NCBI GenBank assembly: GCA_951406725.2
Contig: OX597822.1
Coordinates: 12,400,001-12,464,000, forward strand
Origin: Octopus vulgaris
Lineage: Eukaryota
Reading direction: 5' to 3'
DNA length: 64,000 nt
Part shown: positions 22,352-35,869 of the stretch, piece by piece
How positions within the stretch are numbered: position 1 is the stretch's first letter
Layout: each line of letters starts with the position of its first letter
Position numbers and translations under genes: made by a program
The notes under the pieces: model-generated
The model's database searches: none
Seen by the model: the letters and a program-made list of their open reading frames with translations, nothing else
What the model was told of the DNA's origin: nothing

Positions 22352-25300
22352 CATTCAGTAGTTTTATTTTTATAGCGTGCTTTCACTTCACTACCGAGCG
22401 CAGCTCTGTGTGCCTTGGGTATGTGCTGTGATTTGTTGTGATGCTCTGATGGTTATTGTATGGAAAGTGTTCTGCGTAGGATGTGTGCAGTGCCTAGTAG
22501 TGCAATTTTCTGTATGTTATACGTGTTTGTAAGTCCTGGTGTTTTTGCTATGTATTTGTCTGAATATTTTTTTACCCCGCCTAATGCACCTATTATGATA
22601 GGAATTGTTTCTGTTTTTTAGATTCCACATGCTGGTTACCTCTATTTCCAGGTCTTTGTATTTTGAAAGTTTCTCCATTTCTTTTAGAGACACGTTGTCA
22701 TCCGCTGGTATTGATACATCAATTAGAAAACATTTATTTTTCTTCATGATCTCTGACAACTATATCTGGTCTGTTGGCCTTAATTTCTCTATCTGTGTGT
22801 ATCGGCATATCCCAGAGTATGGTTGCATTATCGTTTTCTGTGACTTTTTCTGGTGTGTGCCTATACCTTCTTTTTTCTGTTGTTATTTCATAATGTTTGC
22901 ATAGTTTCCAGTGTATATAGGTCCCAACTCTGTCGTGTCTGTGAATATATTCCTTCTTAGCCAGGACTGGGCAGCCAGAGTTAATATGATTTATTGTTTC
23001 TTGTCCATCTCCGCATATTCTGCAGTTACTTGTTATATTTCTTTTCATTACATGTTTTTGGTAATTTCTGGTGGGGAGACTTTGGTCTTGTGCTGCAATT
23101 AAAAATCCTTCTGTCTCTGCTTTGAGTCCTGAGCTTCTCAACCGTTGCTGGGATTCTTCTTTGTCTATTTCTTTTGCATTTAGTTTAGTCCAGTATTTAC
23201 CATGAAGGGGCTTTTCTTGCCATCGTTTTATCATGGTTCGTTGCTGTTCTATTTTTAGTTTGGATTTCATTTGTTTTACAGCTTTTGTTTATCATCATTT
23301 CTTCTTCTTCTTCTTCTTCTTCTTCTTCTTCTTCTTCTTCTTCTTCTTCTTCTTCTTCTTCTTCTTCTTCTTCTTCTTCTTCTTCTTCTTCTTCTTCTTC
23401 TTCTTCATATTTGTTAGGTGGTATGATTTCTTGTTTGTATTTGTCAGCTTCCTTAAATACTGAGAACAGTGTTTTGTTTTGCTCGTGTTTTGCCGCTATT
23501 TGTATCAGTTTTCCTTCCTTCTGAAGTAGATATTTTTGCAGTCCTATGGTGGTTATTTTATAGTAGTTTTCCAGCTATATAAGTCCTCTACCACCTTCTA
23601 TACGTTGTATATATAGCCTTTCTATGTCAGATTTAGGGGATGCATCCTAGATCCTGTCATTATTTTTCTTGTTTTCCTATCTATTTTGGTCAGTTCATTT
23701 AGTGTCCAGTTAAGGATATTGTAGCTGTAACTTATAACTGGGACGGCTAAAGTGTTAATACCTATAATCTTGTTTTTAGCATTGCGCTCTGTTTTCAGTA
23801 TTGATCAAACTCGTCTATAATATTCTTCTTTTTATTTTCTCTTTCATTTGTGTGTGTTGTGTCTTATCTAGTTCATGGATTCCTATGTATTTGTAAGTTT
23901 GGCTTTGGTCTAATTATTTTATTTCATTGGTTTTATCTAGTGTGATGTTGCTACTTTTAACTAGTTTTCCTCTTTTCATGGTTACTTTGGCGCATTTCTC
24001 TAATCCAAATTTTATATCTATTTCTTTGGTAAATTCATGAACTGTCTTTAGTAGTGTTTCCAGCTGTTTGTCATTTGTAGCGTATAGGTTTAGGTCATCC
24101 ATATATAAAAGGTGGCTGATCGTTTTGCCGTAACATATATATCCGCATCCAGTTCTGTTTAGCATATCCGATAGAGGTGACAGTGCCATGCAGAAAAGGA
24201 GTGGAGAGAGTGTATCTACCTGGAATATTCCTCTTCTAAAAGGGATGGCTTTGGTTTTCACAAGTCCCTCTTTTGTTTGGAGCTGTAGCACTGTTTGCCA
24301 TTTATTCATAGAGTGTCCTATGTATTTTATAATTGTTGGTGCAACTTTGTTAATGGCTAGTGTTTCGAGGATCCATGTGTGGGGGATGCTATCAAACGCC
24401 TTTTTGTAGTCGATCCAGGCCATACTGAGGCCTTTCTTCTTTCTGTGGCTGTCTTCAGTTATGGCTTTATTGATCATTAGTTGATCTTTACAGCCATATG
24501 AGCCTTTGCGGCATCCTTTCTGCTCTTCTGGAAACAGGTTGTTTTCGTCCAGGTGCTTGTTCAATCTTTGTGATATTACTGCAGTAAATGCTTTGTACAT
24601 TGTAGGGAGACAGGTTATAAGGTCTGTAGTTTTCTGGTTTTGCTGTCTCATTTGGATTTGGGTATTAAGATGGTTTTCCTCGTGAGCCATTCAGGCATTG
24701 TCTCTGGCCCTGCCAGTATGTTGTTAAAGTTTTCAGCCAGCTTTTTGTGCATTCCTGTTAAATATTTCATCCAGAAGTTGGGGATCTTATCATGCCCAGG
24801 TGCCTTCTAGTTGCTTAGTCTTTGCAGTGCCTGGGTGACCACTTCAGTTGTTATGGGGGTCCAAAGTTGCTCAGATGTGGAGTTTGTTGTTTTAATACTC
24901 CTTTTTTTTTGTTGTTCATTCGCCGACCATATTTCATTCCAGAATTCTTCCACTTTTTCTGCCGTTGGTGCTGCAGTGATTTCTATTTTATTTTTGCCAA
25001 GTTCTTGGTAGAACTTTTGGGGTTGGAGTTGAACTGTTTGTTTTGTTCAAAGAAACGTTGGCGTTTCTTGTACCGACGGATACTTTGTGTATTGGCAAGG
25101 ATATCTTGCTTTAGCTTTCCTTTTATCTCAAGTAAATCTTTTTCTGCGATGTTGTATTTGCGGAGTATTTTTGTTTTCTTCTTGTTGCTCAGTAGCGTTG
25201 ATTGTCTACTGATTTCATTAAGAATCGATAGATCTTTTCTTATTTTTTGTATTTTGCTATGGATGTTATTTATCCACAGGGTTTGTTGGGTGGTGGTACT

Positions 25301-26034
25301 CCTGTTTGGATGGGTTTGAGGGAGTATCCAGCTTCTTTTGTGGCTGCAGTGGCTGCTGCGTATACTAAGTCATTTAGCTCAGTGATATCGCTTTTTGTTT
25401 CAGTGGTTATTAGTTCCGTGACGGCTAGGTTTATGCTGTTTCTAATTGGTGTTGTTGTTTTGTCTATTTTGATTTTTGTGAGGTATGGTCGGTGGTCTAT
25501 TTTGAGCTCTGTGGTTTTCAGTTCTTTGATTATTCTACTTTTTATATTATCATAATCATTAGGCTCTCCTTCGTTGTTTCCAGTTTCAGATTTCAGTCGT
25601 TTTCTTTCTAATTTGTATGTTTGTTTGTCGTGTTTTGGCTTGCTGTTTGTCGTGTAATATCTTTACCGTCTGGGTTTGTTGTTTTTTGTTTACATCGTTT
25701 TTGTTGGAAATGTTACGTTTGTCTTCGTGTTTGCGTTGAGAATATATCTCCGTATATTTGCCAGTTTATTAGGATTCATTGCCATATCCAGGTCTTTATT
25801 TATGTTATTTTTCTTCCATATTTTATATGTATATGTTGTTGTGTTTTCGTTCTTTGGGTAGAGCACTGCTGTAAAATAAGCGTGTCGGATTGAAATGTAT
25901 TCCTCACGTGTCCATTTATGCCTTTTTGGTTTTACTTGCGGGACATGAGGAACTGCGTCCGGCCCATTATTTTGACGGTCATCATTTTCGTAGGGTACCG
26001 GTCCGTTCAATTCTTTTGTCACATTATTTTGCAG
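22352..26034 (-). mobile_element. Dong/R4-clade non-LTR retrotransposon (RT + CCHC + restriction-like endonuclease), 5'-truncated, frameshifted
   Basis: EQKGC, WIDYKKAFDS, RRGIFQ.DTLSPLLF, HLLYMDDL, CRICGDGQETINHINSGC, RHD, NRPDIVV, IDVSIP..KLSKYKDL. (TAA)n on both sides, the known Dong target. Confidence 0.95.
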
Positions 26035-26095
26035 TTATTATTATTATTATTGTTATTATTATTATTATTATAATTATTATTATTATTATTATTAT

Positions 26096-26155
<60 letters not shown>

Positions 26156-26180
26156 CAGCAGCAGCAGCAGCAGCAGCATC
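26035..26180. repeat. (TTA)n-(TAG)n-(CAG)n compound microsatellite
   Basis: Direct reading. Confidence 0.95.
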
Positions 26181-26492
26181 ATTGGTCGCAACAATATCGG
26201 CAGCTGCAACGGCATGCATATTAATATTGATAATCTGCCAGTATTTAATGGATTCATGCGTGATGAAAGGTAACAAAGCATCGTTTACCTAAATTGTCAG
26301 AGCATGGCAAATGTTTTGGTAAACCTCTTTCTTTAGTAAGGAGAATGGAATTAGTGAATTTTCAAAGGAATACAGATCAGGGGTCTTAATATATACAGTA
26401 TTGGTGTATTGCAGTATTGCAGAATCATAATTTCCCTTTTAAATAGGGGGCTACATCCTATATCGAGAACAGATACGCTCTCACTACATATA

Positions 26493-26539
<47 letters not shown>

Positions 26540-26556
<17 letters not shown>

Positions 26557-26764
26557 TGTGTTCGTGTTTCTCCTCCCCCACTATCGCTTGACAACCGATG
26601 CTGGTGTGTTTACGTTCCCTTAATGTAGTGGTTCGGTAAAAGAGGCCGATAGAATAATTACTAGGCTTACAAAGAATAAGTCCTGGGGTCAATTTGCTCG
26701 ACTAAAGGCGGTGCTCCAACATGGCCGCAGTGAAATGACTGAAACAAATTAAAGAATAAAAGAA
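26540..26764 (+). mobile_element. SINE family A, 3' half
   Basis: Reverse-complement match to 16137-16345. Confidence 0.85.
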
Positions 26765-27265
26765 TACATATAGATATATATAAGCACAATATATATATAT
26801 GTGTATGTATGTATATTATATATATATATATATATATGTGCATGTATATAAATGTGTATATGTATATACATATACATCTCAATATGCATGTAGTATACTG
26901 TTTCTCTATTAACACAGATAAATTTGCGAGGGGTGCACTATCTTCATAAGTAAAAATCCGTATGGTGAAATGCGATGTGGATGTGTGTTTGTTTGTGCGT
27001 ATATGTTTTACTGTAATACGTCTGTGTGTGTATACACTTCATAGGTATATACAGACATACATACATACACACACTCACACACAAACACGCATACACACAC
27101 ACAAACAGACGTACACACATATTTATATTAAGTATGTATAGCTATCTATGCATGTACGTATGTATGTATGTTTGTATATATGCATGTATGTATAGATGCC
27201 TTTATAGATATATGTACACATGGATTGGTACTTGGCACATGCACGTATATATTGTTCGCATATAT

Positions 27266-27672
27266 ATTCTCTTTTACTCTTTTACTCTTTTACTTGTTTC
27301 AGTCATTTGACTGCGGCCATGCTGGAGCACCGCCTTTAGTCGAGCAAATCGACCCCGGGACTTAATCTTTGTAAGTCCAGTACTTATTCTATCGGTCTCT
27401 TTTGCCGAACCGCTAAGTAACGGGGACGTAAACACACCAGCATCGGTTGTCAAGCAATGCTAGGGGAACAAACACAGACACACAAACATATACACACACA
27501 TACATATATATATATATATACGACAGGCTTCTTTCAGTTTCCGTCTACCAAATCCGCTCACAAGGCTTTGGTCGGCCCGGGGCTATAGCAGAAGACACTT
27601 GCCCAAGATGCCACGCAGTGGGACTGAACCCGGAACCATGAGGTTGGTTAGCAAGCTACTTACCACACAGCC
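27266..27672 (-). mobile_element. SINE family A
   Basis: Close match to 16137-16542. Confidence 0.9.
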
Positions 27673-28451
27673 TATATATATATATATATATATATTTATT
27701 AGTGTGTGTTTGTTTAATCTCAACCGCGCCATCTTTACGTGTAACACTTTGATATTTTAACTGAGTCGTTATGGTCGATTAGATTTGATGTTATCAAATG
27801 ATGTTCGATCTCTCATAAAGCTTGGTAGTAGAAGCCTCTCTGCGTGTTTGTAGATCGACACACTTTTAGTCTAGGACTAATCTGCAGAGGAAAATAACAG
27901 AGAACCAAGAATCGTTTTGTTTGTCTGTTATTCTGTTTCATGATTAAACTATTAAACCTTATATTTACATTACATCAGAATGTACATAAATTTTTCATAG
28001 CTGGTTTATAATAGTAATATGATCTAACTACGAACTATTAGTGGTACTTAGAGTTGTTTCAATTTAAACCAACTGGGAACAGAACGCCCACGTTTTTGTC
28101 TAAATGATATTGCTTAGTGACCAGCGCTCGAAAAAACACACACACACCACACACACACACACACACACACTTACTCATATCTGATGGAAGGATTGTTCTT
28201 TTTGTTGCCTGTCTCGTTTCCCTATTTGTTTCTATCGTTGTTCAAAAAAAGTTCCTTTTCCATGTTTTTGTTTTTTATGTTCTCGTTTTTCGTTTTGTTC
28301 ACATATTTTTATCGTCCTATACCAATATTTCCATGTATATATACATGTATATATACATACATATGTAGGTATGTACCTATATGTACGTATATATGCATAT
28401 ATATATATACATATATATATAAATATATATATATATGCATATATATATATA

Positions 28452-28860
28452 TACTCTCTTACTCTCTTTCTTGTTTCAGTCATTTGACTGCAGCCATGCT
28501 GGAGCACCGCCTATAATCGAGCAACACGACCCCGGGACTTATTCTTTGTAAGCCCAGTACTTATTCTATCGGTCTCTTATGCCGAGCCGCTAAGTGACGG
28601 GGACATAAACACACCAGCATCGGTTGTCAAGCAATGCTTGGGGGACAAACACAGACACACAAACACACACACACATATATATATATATACATATATACAA
28701 CGCGCTTCTTTCAGTTTCCGTCTACCAAATCCACTCACAAGGCTTTGGTCAGCCCGACGCTATAGTAGAAGACACTTGCCCAAAGTAACACGCAGTGGGA
28801 CTGAACCCGGAACCATGTGGTTGGTAAACAAGCTACTTACCACACAGCCACTCCTGCGCC

Positions 28861-28861
<1 letters not shown>
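28452..28861 (-). mobile_element. SINE family A, full length
   Basis: Includes the head ggcgcaggagtggctgtgtgg. Confidence 0.9.
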
Positions 28862-28955
<94 letters not shown>

Positions 28956-28982
28956 GCATATATATATACGCATATATATATA

Positions 28983-29016
<34 letters not shown>

Positions 29017-29021
<5 letters not shown>

Positions 29022-31187
29022 AAGCAAGTCAAGATAGAAAATGCTAAAATAATTTTATAAAGAACATTTCAGTACCGGTTTCAGTCATTGATACATTTTC
29101 AACTGTAACAATTAAATGATTAAATTTAGAAATATTAAAAGAAAGGTTTTTTTAAAAGAATATTTGTATTGTGTTCAAATATAATTGGCATTTTCCTTGT
29201 TTCTGCCTTTCTCTGTCTCTCTTGTTTACTCTTGTGGGTTCAAGGTCCATGTGAATTCTTGGTAGGGAAGAAGAAGAAGAAGAAGAAGAAGAAGAAGAAG
29301 AAGAAGAAGAAGAAGAAGAAGGAGGAGGAGGAGGAGGAGGAGGGAGAAGGGGAGGAAGAATTTGGGATTGCCTTGATTGTCGTTGGTCAGTGGTGGCTAG
29401 AAGTTCCTGCTGTTCAATTCATGAAAATATTTCTATTGAAAGGTTTGTTTATAGAATTTGCGTAGGTGTTATACTAAAAAGCATTAGTGATAAAGTTAGG
29501 AAGAAGAGGGGGGAGAAGAAGGGGTAGAAGAAGAAGAAGAAGAAGAAGAAGAAGAAGAAGAAGAAGAAGAAGAAGAAGAAGAAGAAGAAGAAGAAGAAGA
29601 AGAAGAAGAAGAAGAAGAAGAAGAAGAAGAAGAAGAATGAGTGAAAGTAGTGAGATGTTGGATGACTTAAATTTGGCACGTTATGGATTATAGCAGTGAT
29701 TTTCAATAGATTCTTAGGGATGTAATATTTGCGTGTGTATTTTTGCTATTCTAAGTCCGAGGTGGATATATCGTTTGCCGTAGACGCGTTCAGAAGGGGC
29801 CTGCATTTTGTAATAAAGAGAGTTTTTTTTATTTATTCGTTGGTTCCAGTTTGTATCGTCCCTGAATTGGTAGAGGGGAAAAATCCTGAAGCTTGGAGTT
29901 TTGTTGTTGGCGCAAATATCTATGTGTTGGCTGAATGCTATTTTTCTGTTTTGGGGAATATTTATCTGGGATCTGTGCAGGGCCATTCTTTTACGTAAAC
30001 TATTTTTTGTTTGGCCTATGTATTGCTTTTGACACCTATAGCAGGTTAGTGTATATCAGGTTCTCCGAAGCACATGTGAAGTTGCTTTTCACTGTGAAAA
30101 GTTGTATCTGTTTGAAGGAGAACTCTGATCCTTCAATTAGATAATAATCGCATATCCCGCAATTGGGTCTTCCACAGTTTTTTACTGTCGGCTTCTGTGT
30201 TGATGAGCGTATTCCGGCCTGTGTTATGAGACTTTTCATAGATTTGGGCTGTCTCTTGCTTTTTATGATCGTGTGTGTTTGGAGGATTAAGTTCATTCTG
30301 TGGTCTTTTTGTAGCAGGGTTATGTTTTGGAGGATGGTGCCGAAGGCTTCATTGTTGAGAGGGTTGTGTGTGGAGATGTATGGTAAGGCTTTGGTTGTAA
30401 ATTTTTCTTTAATTTGGGATGTCTGAGTTACTGGATGTTGAGTTGGAGGGCACGTTGAATGCATATGTCAGTGAAGGTGCGTAGTTCCTGGTGATGAGGG
30501 TATCTTTTAGTTCATGTAGTCGTGTGTCTCTGGTGTTTGCATTAGAAACTATAGTACATATCCCTTTTGCTAGATTGAAAGGGATATTCATTCTGGTGTG
30601 TCTGGGGTGGTATGAATTGAAAGGAAGATATTGCTTAGAATCCGTAGGCTTATAGTATATATCTGTTTCTGTTACATTATTAGATTTCTTAATGAGGATG
30701 TCGAGGAAGGGGAGTTGTTGCTGGCTATATTCCATCGTGAATTGGATGTTTACGTCCAGTCCATTTAAAATTGCTTGGAATTCTTTCAGTTTCTCTATAT
30801 TTTCATCTAGGTATCTCTTCCAGTTGGGCTGCCATATCTTTCTAGAAATTTACGATACAGACTGATTTCTAGATATCCCATGACTAGGTTGACAAAGGAG
30901 GGGGCCATTCGCGTACCCATCACAGTCCCCGATTTTTGTCGGTAGAAGTTGTCTTTGAAGGCGAAGTAGTTATTTTCCAGGATGAATTTAACCCCTTCTA
31001 TCACGAATTCTTTTTTGATGTGATGTGGGAGTTCGTTGGCGTGATTCTGTAGCCAGAATTGAATTGCCTCTATTCCTAGGTTGTGGGGGATATTGGAATA
31101 GAGGTTGACTACATAGAAGGATAGTAGTAGGGTGTTTTTGTTTATTGTTTTAGGCAGGTGATTGAGCATGTCCAGGTCGTCCCTGAT
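29017..31187 (-). mobile_element. 5'-truncated Penelope-like element (Neptune-like) with 3' UTR
   Basis: YIRDDLD, NLYSNIP, GTVMGTRMAPSFVNL, KRYLD (second D deleted), LPFLDI, YKPTDSKQYL, CGRPNCGIC, NLIY...YIGQT, RMALHRSQI. The ORF ends at ~29780. The UTR carries (TTC)n tracts and a hammerhead and ends in (TA)n. Confidence 0.92.
29066..29109 (-). ncRNA. Hammerhead-like motif with U3-A8 core
   Basis: Minus: gttacag-TTGAAAA-tgtatcaatgact-GAAA-ccgg-TA-ctgaaat. Palindromic ACCGGU stem III; stem II is weak. Confidence 0.5.
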
Positions 31188-31382
31188 ATATAGGGAAAGT
31201 TTACGAAAAAAAAAACAAAAGACGAAGACAGGTGGTGTACAAAACAAACAGATGTATTAGAATAGCGATCAGGAATAGAAAAAGTATTTTACGTTTCGAG
31301 CCTACGCTCTACAGAAATGTACACAAGAAATGTACACAAGGAGAGAAAAAAATGTGTGTAGTGGCTAACGATATATCATAGC
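31188..31382 (-). mobile_element. Family P2 terminus with a core-deleted hammerhead (31285-31318)
   Basis: Homolog of 8385-8590; the core is CTGT---A, lacking 3 nt. Confidence 0.7.
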
Positions 31383-31477
31383 TTTAAGAGGGTATCTAAA
31401 AATTTACTGAGGCGGTGGTTTTCGCATGCGGGACCTGCTATTATAGGTCTTAATTTGAGGTCATTAGGATTAGGGAC

Positions 31478-31537
<60 letters not shown>

Positions 31538-33042
31538 CATATATATAGATAGATTTTTCCCTTCACGAGGCCGATAAAATAAGTACCAGTGGAGTAGATC
31601 TAGTTGAGTTACACCCCTCCTCAAGCTTGATTTTCAAGTTTTGGGGGAGTTAATCATTCGAATACACACATCGTAATGTTTTGTTTGTGATCACCGAAAC
31701 CAAATAAAATTCTTTCAAAATACACGATTGAGATCTTTTATCTAATGGAATGGTAATTGTTTTGTCGTTTTCTTCTGTGAAAATTACTCGTACATTTTAA
31801 CATATTTCTGGTGAAAATCATTTTCTCCGTTTAATTATAAGAACGAAATAGAACAAACGAAATTTCAACAAATATATTATCTCCTCAACCGAAAACTATA
31901 ATTTCTTAATTTAAACTTCAATTCAGCATAGCTTACGTAGCAAATAACTATTTTAATTTTCTCCTCTTTAAAAACAATTCAGTATGCTAGTCATCTCTCA
32001 TTGAAAACAAATTAACACAAATCGACACAACATCTAAAATTTTTAAAATCTAGGATCTTTCTTTATGATTATAGTCCTTTCTAAATACATTTACGTTTTT
32101 CGCACAAATTTAAACATAATTATAAGGCTCTCCTGAAATTAAAATTAAACAATTTCAAACAAAATTCCGTTTGCCTATTTACATTCATTTAGTTCTCTGT
32201 AATTTCACATAACTATTCATTAGAAGCAGCCTAAAGCAAATCTACTCTTGGCAACATGACACATTCCAGCAATTGTTATTTTCATTAAACAGGCTTCCTG
32301 TGATAGTATCCCTTTGATTATAAAATTTTTTCATAACCTTTTTAAAATTTGATTTAATTTTCCATCAGTTCAGATTTAGACTCAAAGATATATATATCTC
32401 ATATACAAGAAAAATGTTTCGTACTATAACAAATTCTAAATATTTTATGGGCTGAACCTCATTAAAATAAAAATAAGTATGAGATCCACGCAATAGCTTG
32501 TGTACTTATCCTTATATTCCTATGTATGTTTGTATGTATGTGCGCATATGCCCCTGTCTTTGTTTCCAGTCATGCTGTCACTTTTGGCAGGTTTCACCTG
32601 TGGTTATATATTTGAGAAAATAAAACTTTAACATTGGAAAATACAATTAACAAGCTACAGCACACAAGCGTATACACTCACGCATACAATCACGCATACG
32701 CATACAAATACATGCATATATATACGTACACGCACACACATTCACACATGTATGTATATAAATTTATACATATATAACACGGTGTTCGCACACGTGTTAA
32801 GCGTGGATTAACCTTGGAAAAGACGCTGCAATGAGAATGCAATGAGAATGACTATTGTTAGTTATTGATTTGATTATGTAAATCGGTAGATGGCGGGAGA
32901 TGGGTGCGTGGAGATGGACAAGTAAATATGTAGGCAGGTAGGTAGGTAAATAGGTTGGTAGATAAAGTGGTTGCTAGACTGGTAGGTAAATGGGATGTAC
33001 GGCAGATATGCGCATACACACAAACACAAATATACACACACA

Positions 33043-33580
33043 CGCGACCATACACTCACACAAATCACATCGGTACATACACAAATGCGCAGACACTCAC
33101 ACATTCAGGGAGCCAGAGAGACACGCCCATACACACACAGACCATGCCCATGCATTCACATACTCAAACATATATAATGCACACGGAGACACACACGCAC
33201 AGACACACATACATGAACAGACACACGCACGATGCATACCCACTCACACACAGGTACAGAATTACACACACACACACACACACACAAAAGTACACACAGA
33301 TGGAAGGAAACAGAAATACGCGACCATACACACACAAAGCACACGGGTACACACACAAATGCACAGACACTCACACATTCAGGGAGACAGAGACACACGT
33401 TCATACACACACACACACACACACACACACATCACTCACAAACATACGCATACTCAAGCATACATAATGCACACTGAGACACACGCGCACACACACATAC
33501 TTGCACAGACACACATACGATGCATACACATTCACACACAGGTACAGAAATACACACACACACATACACACACACAAGAA
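33043..33580. repeat. Degenerate tandem duplication (~277 bp period) of CA-rich sequence
   Basis: cgcgaccatacac...cacattcagggag at 33043 and 33320. Confidence 0.8.
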
Positions 33581-34007
33581 TACATACACACATGTCCCCC
33601 GAAGCGCACGCACACACTGGCACGAACACATACGCACGCAACAAAGTATCAGATGGGCAAACGCAGCCTCCGTAATTGACTAAGAGAAAAGTCAATTAAA
33701 AATGTTCAAATACTGACGAAAGGGCTTTGCCAAAAGATCGATCAAGAACAAAACAAATGACTTATTTTTTAAACAAACAATCGATTACTTATTTCTATAT
33801 TTAGTCAGTTGACTAATAATAAAGAAGTGGAACCGAACCACTACCTGTGTTAATAATATTGTCATAATGGCTCTCTCTAGACACAGCAAAATTTGTTCCA
33901 ACACACGAATTCGCATAAAGAAACTTGCAAACCAGATACAAAAACGAAGTAGAAAATTAAATCGCTGTAGGTTCTTTAATATTGGTGTTCCATACAACCG
34001 TTTACTC

Positions 34008-34366
34008 GTGGCACGCTGTCGGTTACGACATCAAGAGTTCCAGTTGATCCGATCAACGGAACAGCCTGCACGTGAAATTAACGTGCAAGTGGCTGAGCAT
34101 TCCACAGACACGTTTACCCTTAACGTAGTTCTCGGGGAGTTTCAGCGTGACACAGAAATACCGGTACAACAGATACAGGACGAAAGTGTGAGAGAAAGTC
34201 GTGGTGAAAGAATGCAGCAGGGTTCGCCATCACCCCCTGCCGGTGCCATCTAGAGCTTTATGTGTTTTCGCTCAATAAACACTCACAACGCCCGGTCTGG
34301 GAATCGAAACCGCGATCCTACGACCGCGAGTCCGCTACCCTAACCACTGGGCCATTGTACTTCCAC
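34008..34366 (-). mobile_element. tRNA-derived SINE family C
   Basis: Minus: A-box tggcccagtgg, B-box gtttcgattcc; homolog of 46772-47151. Confidence 0.9.
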
Positions 34367-34407
34367 GCTATTTAATATATATTAAGTACCAGTTACCATT
34401 TAATATA

Positions 34408-34525
34408 AGGTGGGGAGCTGGCAGAATCGTTAGCACACCGGGCGAAATACTTAGCAGTATTTCGTCTGTCGTTACGTTCTGAGTTCAAATTCTGCAGAGG
34501 CCGAGTTTGCCTTTCATCCTTTCGC
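34408..34525 (+). mobile_element. SINE family B, 5' part
   Basis: gagctggcagaatcgttagc...gagttcaaattc. Confidence 0.85.
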
Positions 34526-35265
34526 GACTGAGGAAGGGAATGGTCGCCTCCCCACCAAGAGTGGCATCGTTCGATAGCTAAACTGAAGCATAGTGCATTG
34601 TGACCAGCAATAAATAAATAAATAAATGGTAAATAGGGAGAGGCCCCCTTCTCTCTCTCTCTCTCTCCCTCTCTCTACCTACTAATAGTTCTATCTATTC
34701 ATCTCCAGTGTCAATGGAACCTCACCCCCAAAAATACAAAAGCAATGTAATCTTCTAAACAAAGTGATGCAATACGGAATTTTGTCAGTGAACAGGTCTC
34801 GGTCTTAAAGAGACGAAAATATTTTGGCAAATTAAATTTAAATGATGAAGTGAATCTAACGGATTTTGTGCTTCTTAAATGGCTTATAAACACCTTCCAC
34901 ACTGCAATTGTTTTCGTTCCAGCACACGATCACAGATCAGGTCACTTGCTATGCAAGTACATTTCCGTAAAAAACATCTGTTTAATATAAATGAACAAGC
35001 TGTTTGTACATTCACAAAAGTTTATTTGACAAGTTCGAGAAAGGAACTAAAGTGCTAATAATAATGAAGAAATATAAAGATTTTTTTCCAAAATTCTGAC
35101 GGTTTTTCCCCCCAATATTCAATTTCTGTACATCAGACCTAACACTTTATACATGTATGTGTGTGTGTGTGTGTGTGTGCGTGTGTGTGTGTGTGTGTGT
35201 ATACATACATATATGGCAGTGTGTGTTTGTTTTGTGTGAACCTACATATCGATGTAAGAATTTTT

Positions 35266-35503
35266 GGAGTGAAGCTCCATGGTTAGGGCATTCGGCTCAG
35301 GTTCGTAAGTTCATGAGTTCGACTCCCGGTGCTGTGTTGTATTCTGCAAATTGCTTCATTTCACGTTGCTCCAGTCCAAAAACATGTTGTACCAGTAATT
35401 CGTGTCACGCTGAACCTCGCTGAGAACTACGTTAAAATTCACGAGGGACCTGATCCGTTGATGAGACCAACTGGAACCCTCATCGTCGTCACCGACGGAG
35501 TAC
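35266..35503 (+). mobile_element. SINE family C-related, diverged
   Basis: gagttcgactcc B-box; 3' end ctggaaccctcatcgtcgtcaccgacggagt. Confidence 0.7.
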
Positions 35504-35869
35504 TAAACACTTATGTAAGTATATTTAGCTGCCAAATAGAGATTTGTATGAAAAGTAAATACGCCTCTAAGAAAACTAGTAAACCGTGGCAGATTGAATA
35601 GCAAAAAATAATTTTAAGAATAACGAAATACACCCACCAGAATCTTCGCTCGCCTCCGCTCCACCACCATCAGTATAAACAAGGAACGATAACATCAATA
35701 TCATCATTGAGGTGTATATAATATTAAATAGCTGATCCTTGAAATAAATGCTTCAAGTTTTTTTTTCTCCTCTAGCGGAAGATTGAGATATAAACCATTA
35801 AAATCGAAAATCAATTTCTCTACGTATTGTTGCATTAAAAAGGATAATGCTAAACGTAATTATAGAGGG

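Noticed and set aside
33705-33750. CTGACGA-aagggc-ttt-gcc-aaaa motif
   Set aside because: It lacks G12 and has no convincing stem I or III.
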